A DNA stretch of 64,000 bases. Origin: Eledone cirrhosa (Eukaryota). How positions within the stretch are numbered: the stretch's first letter is position 1; the number at the start of each line of letters is the position of its first letter. Position numbers and translations under genes: made by a program. This document shows positions 39,791 to 52,888 of this stretch, one piece after another. The notes under the pieces were generated by a model. It worked only from the letters and a program-made list of their open reading frames with translations, ran no database searches and was not told where the DNA came from. The stretch spans positions 26,598,001-26,662,000 of the forward strand of contig OZ024758.1 in assembly GCA_964016885.1 (NCBI GenBank), in the 5' to 3' direction.

Positions 39791-40348
39791 ATACTCATCT
39801 TTTTCCATTTCTCTGAGGGTTCTTAACCCCACTATCAGGCTAAATAATTTCTTTAATTTCTTTAGTCAAAATACGGCGATAGCTTACATTTCTAATAATT
39901 TCAAACCCGCTTGCTGTTTCGAAAATATTCTTACTTGATATATATGGAGGCACATGGCTTAGTGGTTAGAGCATTGGCCTTGCAATCGAAAGGTTGTGAG
40001 TTCAATTCTACGACCGGGGCGATGTGTTGTTTCCTTGAGCAAGGCACTTTATTTCACATTGCTCCAGTTTACTCAGCTGTAGAAATGAGATGTAAAGTGG
40101 TCATGTAGGTACCACAATAAAACACACCCAGTCTACACTGTGTAAGTACTACAATAAAAAGCATCCAGTCCACATTGTTAAAGTGGACGTGTAGGCACCC
40201 ACGGCAAAAAAGCGCCCAGCACTCACTGTAAATGAGGTTGGTGTTAGGGAAGGGCATCCAGCTATAGAAATCAAGCCAGAATCAGTTCCCCGTCCCACCC
40301 TTGCAAGCAGGGAAAAGTGGACTTAAAACGAAATGATGATGATGATGA

Positions 40349-41640
40349 TTGAATGCATATAAAAACGAGAAAACTCATTGCTAGAACAGCCATTAAAACA
40401 GCTAAATGCTGTCAAAGACAGCGATGGGCAAAAATGCCTCAGAGGACAGTGACCAGCTACCAGGGGTCAAGAGAGAGACAATTCACAAGGTGGGTGACAG
40501 ATAGACGTAATATAGAAAAGATGAGTTTGGTGTGAGGTTAGCTTTGCCTTTCATCCTTCAAGGATCAATATATAGGAGGAAACGTGTGTGGGGGAGAGGG
40601 GAGACATTTCTGAACCATGGGGCACACCAGAGTTGATAGTGTCACTGACAAAGGAGTTTATTGGTAGAGAAGCTGCCAATCCAAAAGATGAGATTTGGTC
40701 TAAGACAATATGCAAGTGGCACACAGTTTTGAACTTAGGATGTAAAGAGCCAGGACAATGGCACCTTATCCGATGCCCTACCAATTCTACCAATCCACCA
40801 CCCTTCTTATATGGTAACAAACTTTTGGCTGTCACCTTTAGCAATCATTTCATCATTTCATTTTACGTCCGCTTTTTCCCTGCTTGCAAGGGTGGGACGG
40901 GAACTGATTCTGGCTTGATTTCTACAGCTGGATGCCCTTCCTAACACCAACCTCATTTACAGTGAGTGCTGGGTGCTTTTTTGCCGTGGCACCTCCACGA
41001 CCACTTTGCAGTGGAATGATAGGGATCCCAGTCCCTATCATCTCATTTCTACAGCTGAGTAAACTGGAGCAATGTAAAATAAAGTGTCTTGCTCAAGGAA
41101 ACAACACATCGCCCGGTCTGAGAATTGAACTCACAACCTTTCGATTGCAAGGCCAATGCTCTAACCACTAAGCCATGTGCCTCCAATGCTCATTACAATG
41201 CAGATCACATTCTTAACTCCCCAGTAAAGAGCTCCTCTCATCCTTAACTCCTCTGCACAGACATCATCCACTTGCATATTGTCTTAGACCAAATCTCATC
41301 TTTTGGATTGGCAGCTTCTCTACCAATAAACTCCTTTGTCAGTGACACTATCAACTCTGGTGTGCCCCATGGTTCAGAAATGTCTCTCCTCTCTCACACA
41401 ACACATTTCCTCCTATATATTGTTCCTTGAAGGATGAAAGGCAAAGCTAACCTCGCACCAAACTCATCTTTTCTATATTACGTCTATCTGTCAAACCACC
41501 TTGTGAATTGTCTCTCTCTTGAACCCTAGTAGCTGGTCCCTGTCCTCTGAGGCACTTTTGCCCATCGCTGTCTTTGACAGCATCTAGCTGTTTTAATGGC
41601 TGTTCTAGCAATGAGTTTTCTCATTTTTATATGCATTCAA
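40349..41640. repeat. ~370-bp inverted duplication (40349-40720 / 41268-41640) containing a decayed LINE RT segment
   Basis: Arms are reverse complements; they translate to ..ISSFGL..INSFVSD.INSGVPHGSEMSP, resembling the RT motif GVPQGSVLSP. Confidence 0.8.
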
Positions 41641-44600
41641 TATATATATATATATGTATATATATATTTTGAAAACCTGCCAGAAACAGTTCTATACGAG
41701 TGAGACACGGTCACCCGACCAGTCTTGCCTCAAGTGGGACAAACCCGTCCAACCCATTCTAGCGTGGAAGATGGACGTTAAACGATGGTGATGGTGATGA
41801 TTGTGTGTGTGTGAATGTGTGTGTATCAGTTTACTGTATTTATCTTCATATTGGTGCTATTTAAAACTAGCAATAATGTTTGTTATGTCCCACATAAACA
41901 AGCAATCCTACTACATAACTGTTTGACAATGCTGAATAATGTACATGCCTTAGTTGTAAAGTTTGGGTTGGCACCAGGAAGGGCATCGAGCCATAGAAAA
42001 ACTGCCTCAAAGAGTCCTTCCTTTCCAACACATGCTAGCATGGAAGAGCAGCCACACAAACACTGAATATGATGATGGTGATAAACTGAATAATTTTGAC
42101 GTTTGAAAGCTATATTTAATTCTAGCATTAACACATGGAATTCTTTTGTTAGATTAATATTGTTTAATCTTTCCTCTTGGCAATCATCTCTTTGTTTTCT
42201 ATTCGTGTTACTAGATATCAAAGCTACTTTGCATGTCTTTTGATATTGATAGACATGTTTTGCACTCGCATCTAGTTTCACAGAAATGTTTAATGCTGCT
42301 TTAATCAACACGCATGCACTGTTCACTTAAATACATGATATAAAAAACATTCTGCTTGATTCTGGGCTTAATAACAGTCACTTCAGTCTTGAATTTCATC
42401 AGGACAACAAAGAATGCTTTGTATTTTATGGCATAAAGGAAGTAAATGAAAATCAAACAAGAAAACAAATATAAAATAAATATTGACCATAAGAAATAGG
42501 AGTTCCAATTTTCTTTTTCTTTATTCTTATTTTTTTTTTTTTTTTTTTTTTGCTTTCTTTGAATACACTTTCCAAATGTTTTATAAACTGTAAACACAAC
42601 TTGTGTTTTCAAATCTGAAAAAAGGTAGTATTGCCCATAATATTTCCTAAATGAATAGATCTTGCATGGACTAAGTTATATTGGTGTTTAGCCCTAGGTC
42701 AGCTGTCATCTAACAGATTTAAGATTAAAATGTTCTAGCTATAACTATTGCATCTTTTTATGGGTATGTCGACTCCATTATCTAATGTCTCTTTTCCTTT
42801 CCCGTGTTAATTGAGGAAAATTTGGCTGCTAATTTTAGCAGGTTTGCAGCCCTGTAGATGCACAGTGATCATCTCATAGTGTTAGATATTGTGAGCTTGA
42901 TTACAGCGGAGTGTCATTGACAAAATATAAACTTTTAAACCTTCAGCAGGGATTTCAAGTTTTGCTGGTTCTGGTTCTGGTAATCTTCAACTCTGCCATT
43001 TTGAACTGCAGAAACATGAAGCACCAAACTAAATATTTTAAAAGAATCTGAAGAAATATCTTGTGCCATCTTCCCCACTCTGATTTCAATTAGTTTATAC
43101 CAATGTATACATTTGAGTGATGGCGTGTGGCTGAGTCGTTAGAGAATTGGATTCACAATCGTGAGGCTGTAACAGGAAATGCGTTATGTCCTTGAGCAAG
43201 ACACTTTATTTCACATTGCTCCTTCTGGATTTGTGACCGCTAGATAGTATTGAAAATACTACTGGAAACATCGTTTCCTTGGTCCGATTTGATGAGCTCC
43301 ACCCCACTCGTTAGCTAAATGAGGTCTGGGAACTTGTCAATCAACTTCATCATACATAGAAGACATCATAATAATTTCAACTATAGGCACAAGGCCAGCA
43401 ATTTGGGGAGAGGGGAAAGTCGATCAAATCAACCCCTTCATTTTATCGACGCTTTAAGGATGAAAGGCAAAGCTAACCTCGGCAGGATTTGAACTCAGAT
43501 CCTAAAGAGCCATAACCCTATGCTGCAAAGCATGGCGTCCGACCCTCTACCGGTACTGCCAATTCACCGCCATATACACATTGGACAATAATTGTTTCTA
43601 CTTTTGGCACAAGGCCAGCAATTACCCAGTGCATTACTGGTACTTTATTTTATTGACCCCGTAAGGATGAAAGGCAAAGTTAACCTCGGCGGGATTTGAA
43701 CTCAGATCGTAAAGGGACGTAACTATGCTGGAAAGCATGGCGTCCGACCCTCTACTGATACTGCAATATATAATAATTATATATAAATATATAAAAACAT
43801 ATATATATATATCATCATCATCATCATTGTTTAACATCCACTTTCCATGCTAGCATGGGTTAGACGGATTGTCCCATTTGAGACAAGTTGGGTCAGGTGA
43901 CCATGTCTTGCTCATATGGAACTGTTTCTGGCTAGATTTCTACAGCTGGATGCCCTTCCTAACACCAACCACATTTACAGTGTGGGCTGGGTGCTTATTG
44001 TCGTGACTCCTACACGATCACTTTACAGTGTGGGCTGGGTGCTTTTTGTCGTGACTCCTACACGATCACTTTACAGTGTGGGCTGGGTGCTTTTTGTCGT
44101 GACACTTACACAACCACCTTATATACCATATCCTTGTATGTCATAAGAAGCGACTAAAAGGGTTAATACCAGGAAGGGCTTCCAGCTGTAAAGTGTTGCC
44201 TCAAAAAATCCTATCCAATCTATGCCAACATAGAAAGGTCGATGTAAACACGTTGATGATGATGATAGTTGCTTATAAGTTAACCCTTTAGTATTTATAC
44301 TACTTTATATTTATTATTGTATTTCCGTGGTAAACACATAATATTGAATCTATGAGATTTTGATATTATTTATTTTGAGAACAATACTTTAACATCAGTA
44401 TGAGTGGCCGGTTGGGGCGAGTTTTAACAGAAAGAGGTGAGAGAATTCTGGCTGGATACGGCCAGTTGAAATGCAAAAGGGTTAAGTTATTTATTTCCTC
44501 CTGTGAATATACTTGGCTTTCTTTTTTGTCAAAGATTCCCATCATTATCCTACTGTAAGCATCTCTACTTTCATTTTTGTTTTTTAAGACAATAATTAGA

Positions 44601-44645
44601 ACTAAAACCAGTGCAATAGCTGCAGTAATAAGAAAAATTCCAATT

Positions 44646-45147
44646 TCACATTTTAGTAGTCAGATGATAGCAAATGATAGTTTATTCGTTGGAAATGCAC
44701 TTATTCACCCCATAGAGTTTATTCATTGGAAATGCACTTATTCACCCCATACAGGTTAATTTAACTAATGTCACTTTCTAGGAAGTCAAATACCAAATAA
44801 TAATTGTTTCTACTTTTGGCACAAGGCCAGCAATTATCCCAGTGTATTACTGGTACTTTATTTTATCGACGCTTTAAGGATGAAAGGCAAAGTTAACCTC
44901 GACGGGATTTGAACTCAGATCACGCCGAGGTTAACTTTGCCTTTCATCCTTACGGGGTCGATAAAATAAAGTACCAGTAATACACTGGGATAATTGCTGG
45001 CCTTGTGCCAAAAGTAGAAACAATTATTATTTGGTATTTGACTTCCTAGAAAGTGACATTAGTTAAATTAACCTCTATGGGGTGAATAAGTGCATTTCCA
45101 ACGAATAAACTATCATTTGCTATCATCTGAATACTAAAATGTGAAAT
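44646..45147. repeat. Fold-back of a SINE A 3' half plus unique flank (arms ~44646-44904 and 44923-45147)
   Basis: Reverse-complement identity extends ~120 bp beyond the SINE tail into non-repeat DNA. The left arm has a ~37-bp tandem duplication at 44685-44755. Confidence 0.9.
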
Positions 45148-46221
45148 AATAATGATGGTAGTAATTATGATGATGATAATGATTTCTAACATAGTCAGTC
45201 ACAAGGCTACAAATGTTGTGGGTGGGTATAAGTTGATTAAAGCAATTTCAGTGAGATTTGAACTCGGAACAAAATAAAGATTTAAGTGGAAAGTATTGTC
45301 CTGCACTTTACATTTTTTACCTCTCAATCACTATCGTCATCATTATGCTGATGATGATCATTGTAATAATAATAATTGTTTCTTCTTTAGGCACAAGGCC
45401 AGCAATTTTGGGGAGGGAGAAAGTCGATTAAATCAATTCCAGTGCATTACTGGTACTTTATTTTACCCACCCCATAAGTATGAAAGGCAAAGCTAACCTC
45501 GGCGGGATTAGAACTCAGAATGTAAAGGGTCATAACTTTATGCCACAAAACATATTGGCTGACGCTTTACCAAAACAGCCAATCTACTGTCCATAATAAT
45601 TATTTCTACTTTTGGCACAAGGCCAGCAATTACCCAGTGCATTACTGGTACTTTATTTTATCGACCCCGTAAGGATGAAAGGCAAAGTCAACCTCGGCGG
45701 GATTTGAACTCAGATCGTAAAGGGATGTAACTATGCTGGAAAGCATGGCGTCCGACCCTCTACTGATACTGCCAATCCACCGCCCATGATAATAATAATA
45801 TGTTGATAGATTTAATAGTATGAAGTTAAATGGCTGACTTAAGCTGAAAAAGACAATGTTTCTAAGAAAGTACACACATTGTTAGGAAAACAATATTAAA
45901 TAAGATTGATGATAACTAGGAAACTACACTACTTTAGTTACAGAAGGATGTTTATATTGCAGTACATGTACACTAATAAAAATATGTAGTTGTAATGATA
46001 AAAGAGAGAGAGAAATATTTCTAGCTTAACCCTTTAACATTTCAACTAGCCATATCCAGCCAAAATTCTCTCACATCTTTCTGTTCAATTTGGCCATAAC
46101 CTGCCGCTCGTACTGAAATAAATAATGTCAAAATCTCATAGATTTGATATTATGTGAAGTAAAGCATTTACCATGAAAATATAATAGTAAATATAGAGTA
46201 ATGTAAATACTAAAGGGTTAA

Positions 46222-47050
46222 CCCTTTAGTGTTCAAATTGCCCAAAATTATTTCACCTTCATTTGTTCAAACCGCCCGAAATCGCCCGATAACACCCACA
46301 CTAAAAAATCGTTCTAAAAATAAACAAACCATCATCAAAATCTCGTCAATTCGAGATTACTGAGAGATTAGGCCTTTACCGCGAAAATTAACACTTAATA
46401 AGTGTTTTTTTTACTTTGAAAGTACAAAAAATTTTGTATCAACATGGCTTATGAAAGTAGCGATACCGACTTTGAAGGTTTTACATACAACGACATTCAT
46501 AATAAACAAGAAACAAATGATAATATTAGTGATTTATCTTCAAATGAATCTGATGTTTATATTTCTGAAATTTCGTCCGACGATGATTGTTGTTTTGAAA
46601 GTGAAAACGAAGGAGGTCTCCAAGGCGCCATTGAAAATATTATAGCAACGTGGTTGAAAAATACCACACTAATATATGTTCCCGATTTTATTCAAAATAC
46701 TGATCCACAACACACATTAGCTCCCGATGTTAAAGCACTGGATTATTTCTTTTTGTTTTTACCACAAACTTTTTCGAAGTTCTGGCAGAAGAGATTAATC
46801 GATATGCCCAACAACAGATTTCAAATCGAGGAAAACTCGATCTGTTTGGCGACAGACAGATGCTGCGGAAATGCAAGCATTTTTTACCGTAAATATTATG
46901 TTCGGTATAAACCAATTTCCAAGACTGTAGAATTACTGGAACACTGATATAAGGTTTAGTGATCCTTATATATCAAGTATTATGCCGAAAACAACTTATT
47001 TAAAATTAAACCAGTATTTGCACCTGGTTGATACTTCAAATGCCCCTATT
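46222..47050 (+). mobile_element. piggyBac transposon fossil (PGBD4-like), 5' half
   Basis: TTAA-CCCTTTAG left end; acidic N-terminus MAYESSDTDFEGF, then ALDYFFLFL..FEVLAEEINRYAQ..EMQAFF..IMFGI..P..NYWNTD..P.ISSIM..YLHLVD across frameshifts. Confidence 0.85.
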
Positions 47051-49215
47051 AATTAATTTCACCTGCCCATAAAAGTCAAATTTGACCAAAAAAATCAGGT
47101 AAAATTATATAATTGTAAATTATTGATATTTAAACATCTACTGACAAAATTTACTCAGCTGTAAAAATGAGATGATAGGACTGGGTTCCCTATCATTCCA
47201 CTGCAAAGTGGTCGTGGAGGTGCCACGGCAAAATAGCATCCACCACTCACTGAAAATGAGGTTGGTGTTAGGAAGGACATCCAGCTGTAGAAATCAAGCC
47301 AGAATCAGTTCCCGTCCCACCCTTGCAAGCAGGGAAAAGCGGACGTAAAATGAAATGAAAAGGAAATGAATAAACGTTTGTTATTGAGTTACAATGGAGA
47401 TGTTAGCATTGGTAATTGGTGTTTGGCCTGGTTGGACTGTCCAATACTTAATGACAAATAATGACAACTTTGTTAAAAGTGTTAAAGGAACCTAGATTCT
47501 TGCTGTCAGTTGACACTTAATCCTGCTACACTTAGATCACGAAATGACAATTACATTGAGTTCACTGAATGCTGAATCAGTTGTCTTCCATTAAATTAAA
47601 ATGTAAATACTTTACTCACTTTAACTCTTTAGTATTTAAACTGGCTGCATCCGGCCAGAATTCTTTCACCTCTTTCTGTTCAAACTGGTTGTAACCAGCC
47701 GCTCAGACTGATGTTCAGGTATTGCTCTCAAAATAAATATCAAAATCTCGTAGATTCAATATTCATCAACATCATCATCATCGTTTAATGTCTATCTTCC
47801 ACGCTTGCATGGGTTTAGACGGATATTATGTAAAATAAAGCCTTTACCATGAAAAACAATAGTAAATATAGAGTAATGGAAATGCTAAAGGGTTAATATG
47901 ATAGTTTCTATAAAAAGAATTTCTAATGTACCAGGCAACAAATTTTGGATACGATCAATCTAGTCAAGCTCTGAAGTTGGTTGATGTTTTAGTTTATTAC
48001 CTGAGAAGGTTGAAAAGTAATGTCGGCCTTGGCATGATGTAGCTTAGCTTGTAAAGAGATGTAACTAAATGATACAAGATTCTATATTATGTAAGGTAAA
48101 GCCTTTACTGTGAAAATACATAGCTATATATAGAGTAATTGTTTCTACTTTAGGCACAAGGCCAGCAATTACCCAGTGCATTACTGGTACTTTATTTTAT
48201 CAACCCTGTAAGGATGAAAGGCAAAGTCAACCTCGGCGGGATTTGAACTCAGATCGTAAAGGGACGTAACTATGCTGGAAAGCATGGCGTCCGACCCTCT
48301 ACTGATACTGCCAAGAGTAATGTAAATGGTAAAGGGTTAACAAAGTGCCTGAAGGATTCTTCAGCTGTGTCAAAGACATGACATCTTCCCTAGTCCTAGT
48401 GCCATCTTAGAAGTCAGTAGCTCTAAGTAGTGACACAGTCTGTGAAGATCTGTCCAACTCTTTCTGGCAAAGAAAACAGATGTTAAATGATGATGATGAT
48501 GATGATGAAAGTAGGAAAATAACCATACCTTGATTCTTATTGAAGTTCTATCTTTTACTAAATGTTGTGAAATCTGGAAGACCTCTGTTAACCCTTTCAT
48601 GACTACATTTCTAATGAAATACACTCCATTTCAATTAATTCATTAATTAAGAATTTTGAGAGATTTACTCAAAATTATTAATTATTTCATTACAAAGATA
48701 GTAACTTATCCCTTTAGCATTTACATTATGCTATATATACTACTAGTTGGGGTACCCGGCTTCTCCTGGGAGAATAATTAAACATATCTCTTTTATATTA
48801 TATATAGATTATATTTTCACAGTAAAGGCTTTACTACTTTACACAATTATCTCACATAATATGGAATTTATGAGATTTTGATATTATTTAATTTGAGAAC
48901 AATACCTTAACATCAGTATGAACGGCCGGTTACTGCCGGTTTAAAAAGAAAGAGGTGAGAGAACTCTGGCCAGTTTAAATGCTATGTTGGAAGATTTTAA
49001 TTTAAAATGGGTAGTTTTATTTCATAAGACCAGAGCCAGTTTGGGCCAGGTTGATAACTAAAAAGTTAACTCTTTAGTATTTAAACTGACCGAATCCAGC
49101 CAGAATTTTCTCACCTCTTTCTGTTCAAACTGGCCACTTATACTGATGTTAAGGTATTGTATCAAAATCTCATAGAGTCAAAGCCTTTACCATGAAATTA
49201 CAACAGTATATATCA

Positions 49216-49459
49216 CCTTGATCGCCTTGACCAACCAGTCTGTCGGGCGTCCATTCGGCGGTGATGTTTTAGCCATAAGATAACGCCATCCCACTGGCTG
49301 GGCGGGCAGGCCGGTACTCATTTCTACAGCTGGGTAAACTGGAGCAACGTGAAATAAAGTGTCTTGCTCAAGGAAACAACACATCACCCGGTCCGAGAAT
49401 TGAACTCACAACCTTTCGATTGCAAGCCCAATGCTTTAACCACTAAGCCATGCGCCTTC
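49216..49459 (-). mobile_element. SINE B variant with an alternative GC-rich tail, inserted in a MITE
   Basis: SINE B head and central domain; flanking direct repeat acaacagtatatat at ~49200 and ~49459. Confidence 0.8.
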
Positions 49460-50066
49460 ACAACAGTATATATAGAGTAATGTAAATGCTAAAGGGTTAA
49501 ATTTTACTGTCTATAACTCTGTATTGTGTCTGTTAGAGCATGGTGGGTCTGTACTTAAATTCTTACATTTAGTTGAAAATAAAACAAAATGTCTATTGAA
49601 GTGCAGAAAATGTTACATAAAGAATACAGCTTAAATATACAACATGCTTAGCATTAGTATTAATTGAGTAAATCCAGTCATAGGACTTGGGTTGAGTGTA
49701 AAACGTGCTGCTATTGCTAATCCAGAACTGACTGTATCTTTTGATAACTGGTTTTTTTAGTAAACAGCAACTGTGTGTATGTACGTATGTGTGTGTGAGT
49801 GTGTGCATGTGTGCATATAGAAGTGTAAAATAAGTCAGTCAGTTAATACAATGTTCCACTCAGTTACAGACAGACTTTATTATCATTCATAGTTCTATTC
49901 ATAAAGCTTTGATCATTGTTGCATGTACATATACATAACGTCTGGCTCAGTCCACAACTAAATTGTACAAATTTCTTAAATAAATCTGTGATAAATATAA
50001 CTTTATATTGTGCGTGCATGTATGCCTATGTACATGTATGTATATATATTCCTGTGTGTACATATA

Positions 50067-50109
<43 letters not shown>

Positions 50110-50629
50110 GTCTGAAGACGCATGACTCTTAGTGGTTAAAGCATTGGGCTTGCAATCGAAAGGTTGTGAGTTCAATTCTCAGACCAGGTGATGTGTTGTT
50201 TCCTTGAGCAAGACACTTTATTTCACGTTGCTCCAGTTTACTCAGCTGTAGAAATGTGATGGTAGGGACTGGGGTCCATATCATTCCACTGCAAAGTGGT
50301 CAAAAAAGCACCCAACACTCACTGTAAAGTGAATGTGTAGGGGCCACAGAAAAAAAAGCACCCAGCACTCACTGTAAAGTGAACGTGTAGGGGCCACAGA
50401 AAAAAAAGCACCCACCACTCACTGTAAAAAATGAGGTTGGTGTTAGGAAGGGCATCCAGCTGTAGAAATCAAGCCAGAATCAGTTCCCGTATGAGCAAGA
50501 CAAGGTCAGCCGACCGGACACTGCCCACATCAGGACAACCCGGCTAACCCATGCTAGCGTGGAAGAATGGATGTAAAACGGTGATGATATAATATATATA
50601 TTTATTTATTTAATGTTTAATATAGAAAT

Positions 50630-50681
50630 GGCATCTACAGGACTAGAACTGTTTCATTCGAAGGAAATCATCAGGAATGCC
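50630..50681 (-). ncRNA. Type I hammerhead with all three helices
   Basis: GGCAUUC CUGAUGA U UUC CUUC GAA U GAAA CAG UUCUAGUC CUG UA GAUGCC; GUA site. A core-less relative lies at 16170-16260(+). Confidence 0.75.
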
Positions 50682-52372
50682 TTTGAATGCCTTACTTACT
50701 GTGGTAACCCCTGATTAAACCCAGGATACACACACATATATATATTTGTGTGTGTGTGTCATCATCATCACCATTTAATGTCCCTTCTCCTTGCTAGAAG
50801 GGTTGGATAATATATATCAACATCATCATCATTTAACATCTGTCTTCCCTGCTTCAGAAATTTAAATTTATACATAAATCCTGCACTGGTCTTTACACAT
50901 ACAGTCAGTCCTCAAATGAAGATACTGATCCTTCTGATGGGCTGGGGGCCTGCATCTTGCTTACATATGTTCCTACACAGTGCCAAGTGCATTTTATCAT
51001 GGCACCAGCATTTGGAGGCTTGTCCCTTTGAGAAAGAAGTCTTTTGTTGTCAGAAGAGGTATTAGCTCATTAAATGTCTTCCAACCTGTTCATACCGTGT
51101 CTACCCACCATTTTAGAGCTACCTGCCCTTCTGATAATTAGGAGAGGTAACAGAGGTAACAAAAGCTGGGAACAACTTCTAGGGAACCACCTTAGCTACC
51201 TGTCAATTGAGGGAGTGTGACCTGACCCATCTATGTGACTCCCACATTCCACTATCACTTCCTCTGCCCCCCCCCCTCCCTTATTCAGCGTTGAAGATGT
51301 GAGCTGACCCATTCATGTCCCACTTGCACTATCACTTACTAACTATTCTCGGGGGTGGGGGGGGTCACTGAACACACCACCGCCACATCACCGTTTACCC
51401 TTCCTCCCTTCACTATCAAGCCTTAGTAGCTATTATCACCACCGCTCCACTTCACCACCACCACCATCACCCTGACTCTATCCAGAATCAACTCCACCCA
51501 TCTCCCACTTTATCCAGCCCCCCCCCCCCAAAAAAAAAAATCCTGACATACCACCAATCATAACCCCTTATCATCACAACACCTTCTTCCCACACCCCAT
51601 GCTATCACAGGTCACCCCTGCCTTCTGCTTATCACCCTTGATATTTATGTTCCATTTATTTAGTAAACAGATCTTGCTACTAAGTGATTAGGCATGTAAA
51701 GTACCACAACTTAGTTAAAAACAAAAACAAAAAAACAAAAACAAAAAACAAATGAGGGCTGGCATCAGGAAATGTATCCAGGCATAGAATTTTGTCTCAA
51801 AATGTCTCATCCAAACTATGCCTCCATTGACTAAGTTGCACAGAATTGATGATGATGTGCTTATGTGTGTGTGTATATATATATATATATATCATCATCA
51901 TCATCATCGTTTAATGTCTATCTTCCACGCTAGCATGGGTTTAGACGGGAATTGTCCCATGTGAGGCAAGATTGGTTGTCTTGCTCGTATAGGACTATCT
52001 GGCGGGTTTTCTACAGCTGGATGCCCTTCCTAACACCAACCACATTTACAGTGTGGACTAGGTGGTTTTGACTGTGTTACCTACACGGCCACATTACAGC
52101 GTGGACTAGGTGTTTTTTTTTTGTCATGGCACCTACACGACCTCATTTATTTAGGACTGGATGTTGTGGTACCAACATAGCTTTACATCGAAAGGGGTGG
52201 TGTAGATGGCGATGGGGGTAGTGGGACGGGCTGTATTTTGGTTAAGAGGTGCCTACTGACTGTAGGTTTCGCTTTGTACTTAGGCAAAGCGTGTCTTCTG
52301 TATTACTGTGTAGCGCCAAAGATCTCGGTCCAGTGACAATGTCTAGGAGAGGTGTAAGTGTATATATATATA

Positions 52373-52888
52373 TACTAGCTGAATTACCTGCGCCTTGCTG
52401 CGTTTCACACATTTTCTTTGTAAGAAAATGATGATTGATTTTAAATCAGTGATATAATTTATGGAGATAAACTCTGCATTTCAATATTACTCAATGTAAA
52501 ATGTAATGCATGAAAAATTGGAAAACATTATTTTTGATAATATATCAAATCAAAATTACATTATTAAATCTTATTCTTATTTTGTTTCTCGTAAATAATT
52601 TTTTTCAAAATATCAATTCAAAACTTTTGTGAATAGGCATCATATCTTGTCATTTACCTATGGTTTAAATTTCATATAAATCAAAGGGAAACAATTTTCA
52701 GCAGTGGTTTTGTGCGTCCGGGGAACCCTTTCTTTAAAATGAAATATACTTATCCAAGTACCCTGGGCAATGTAGTTTCAGAATATATATGGTTATGGGG
52801 TAGGGGTGTCTATCTCCAAAACCATAGGAGTAGTTCATGAACAAACAAACAAACAAACAGACATGAATACAACTTTATATATATATAG
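52373..52888 (+). mobile_element. Helentron/HINE-like non-autonomous element; short relative at 48741-48808
   Basis: 5' tactagctg..cctgcg.. start, subterminal (aaac)n-agaca microsatellite, 3' ctttatatatatatag end. Confidence 0.5.

Noticed and set aside
39945-40020. SINE B heads as tRNA-Cys genes
   Set aside because: They continue into SINE core and tail, occur in many diverged copies and lack a proper acceptor stem.
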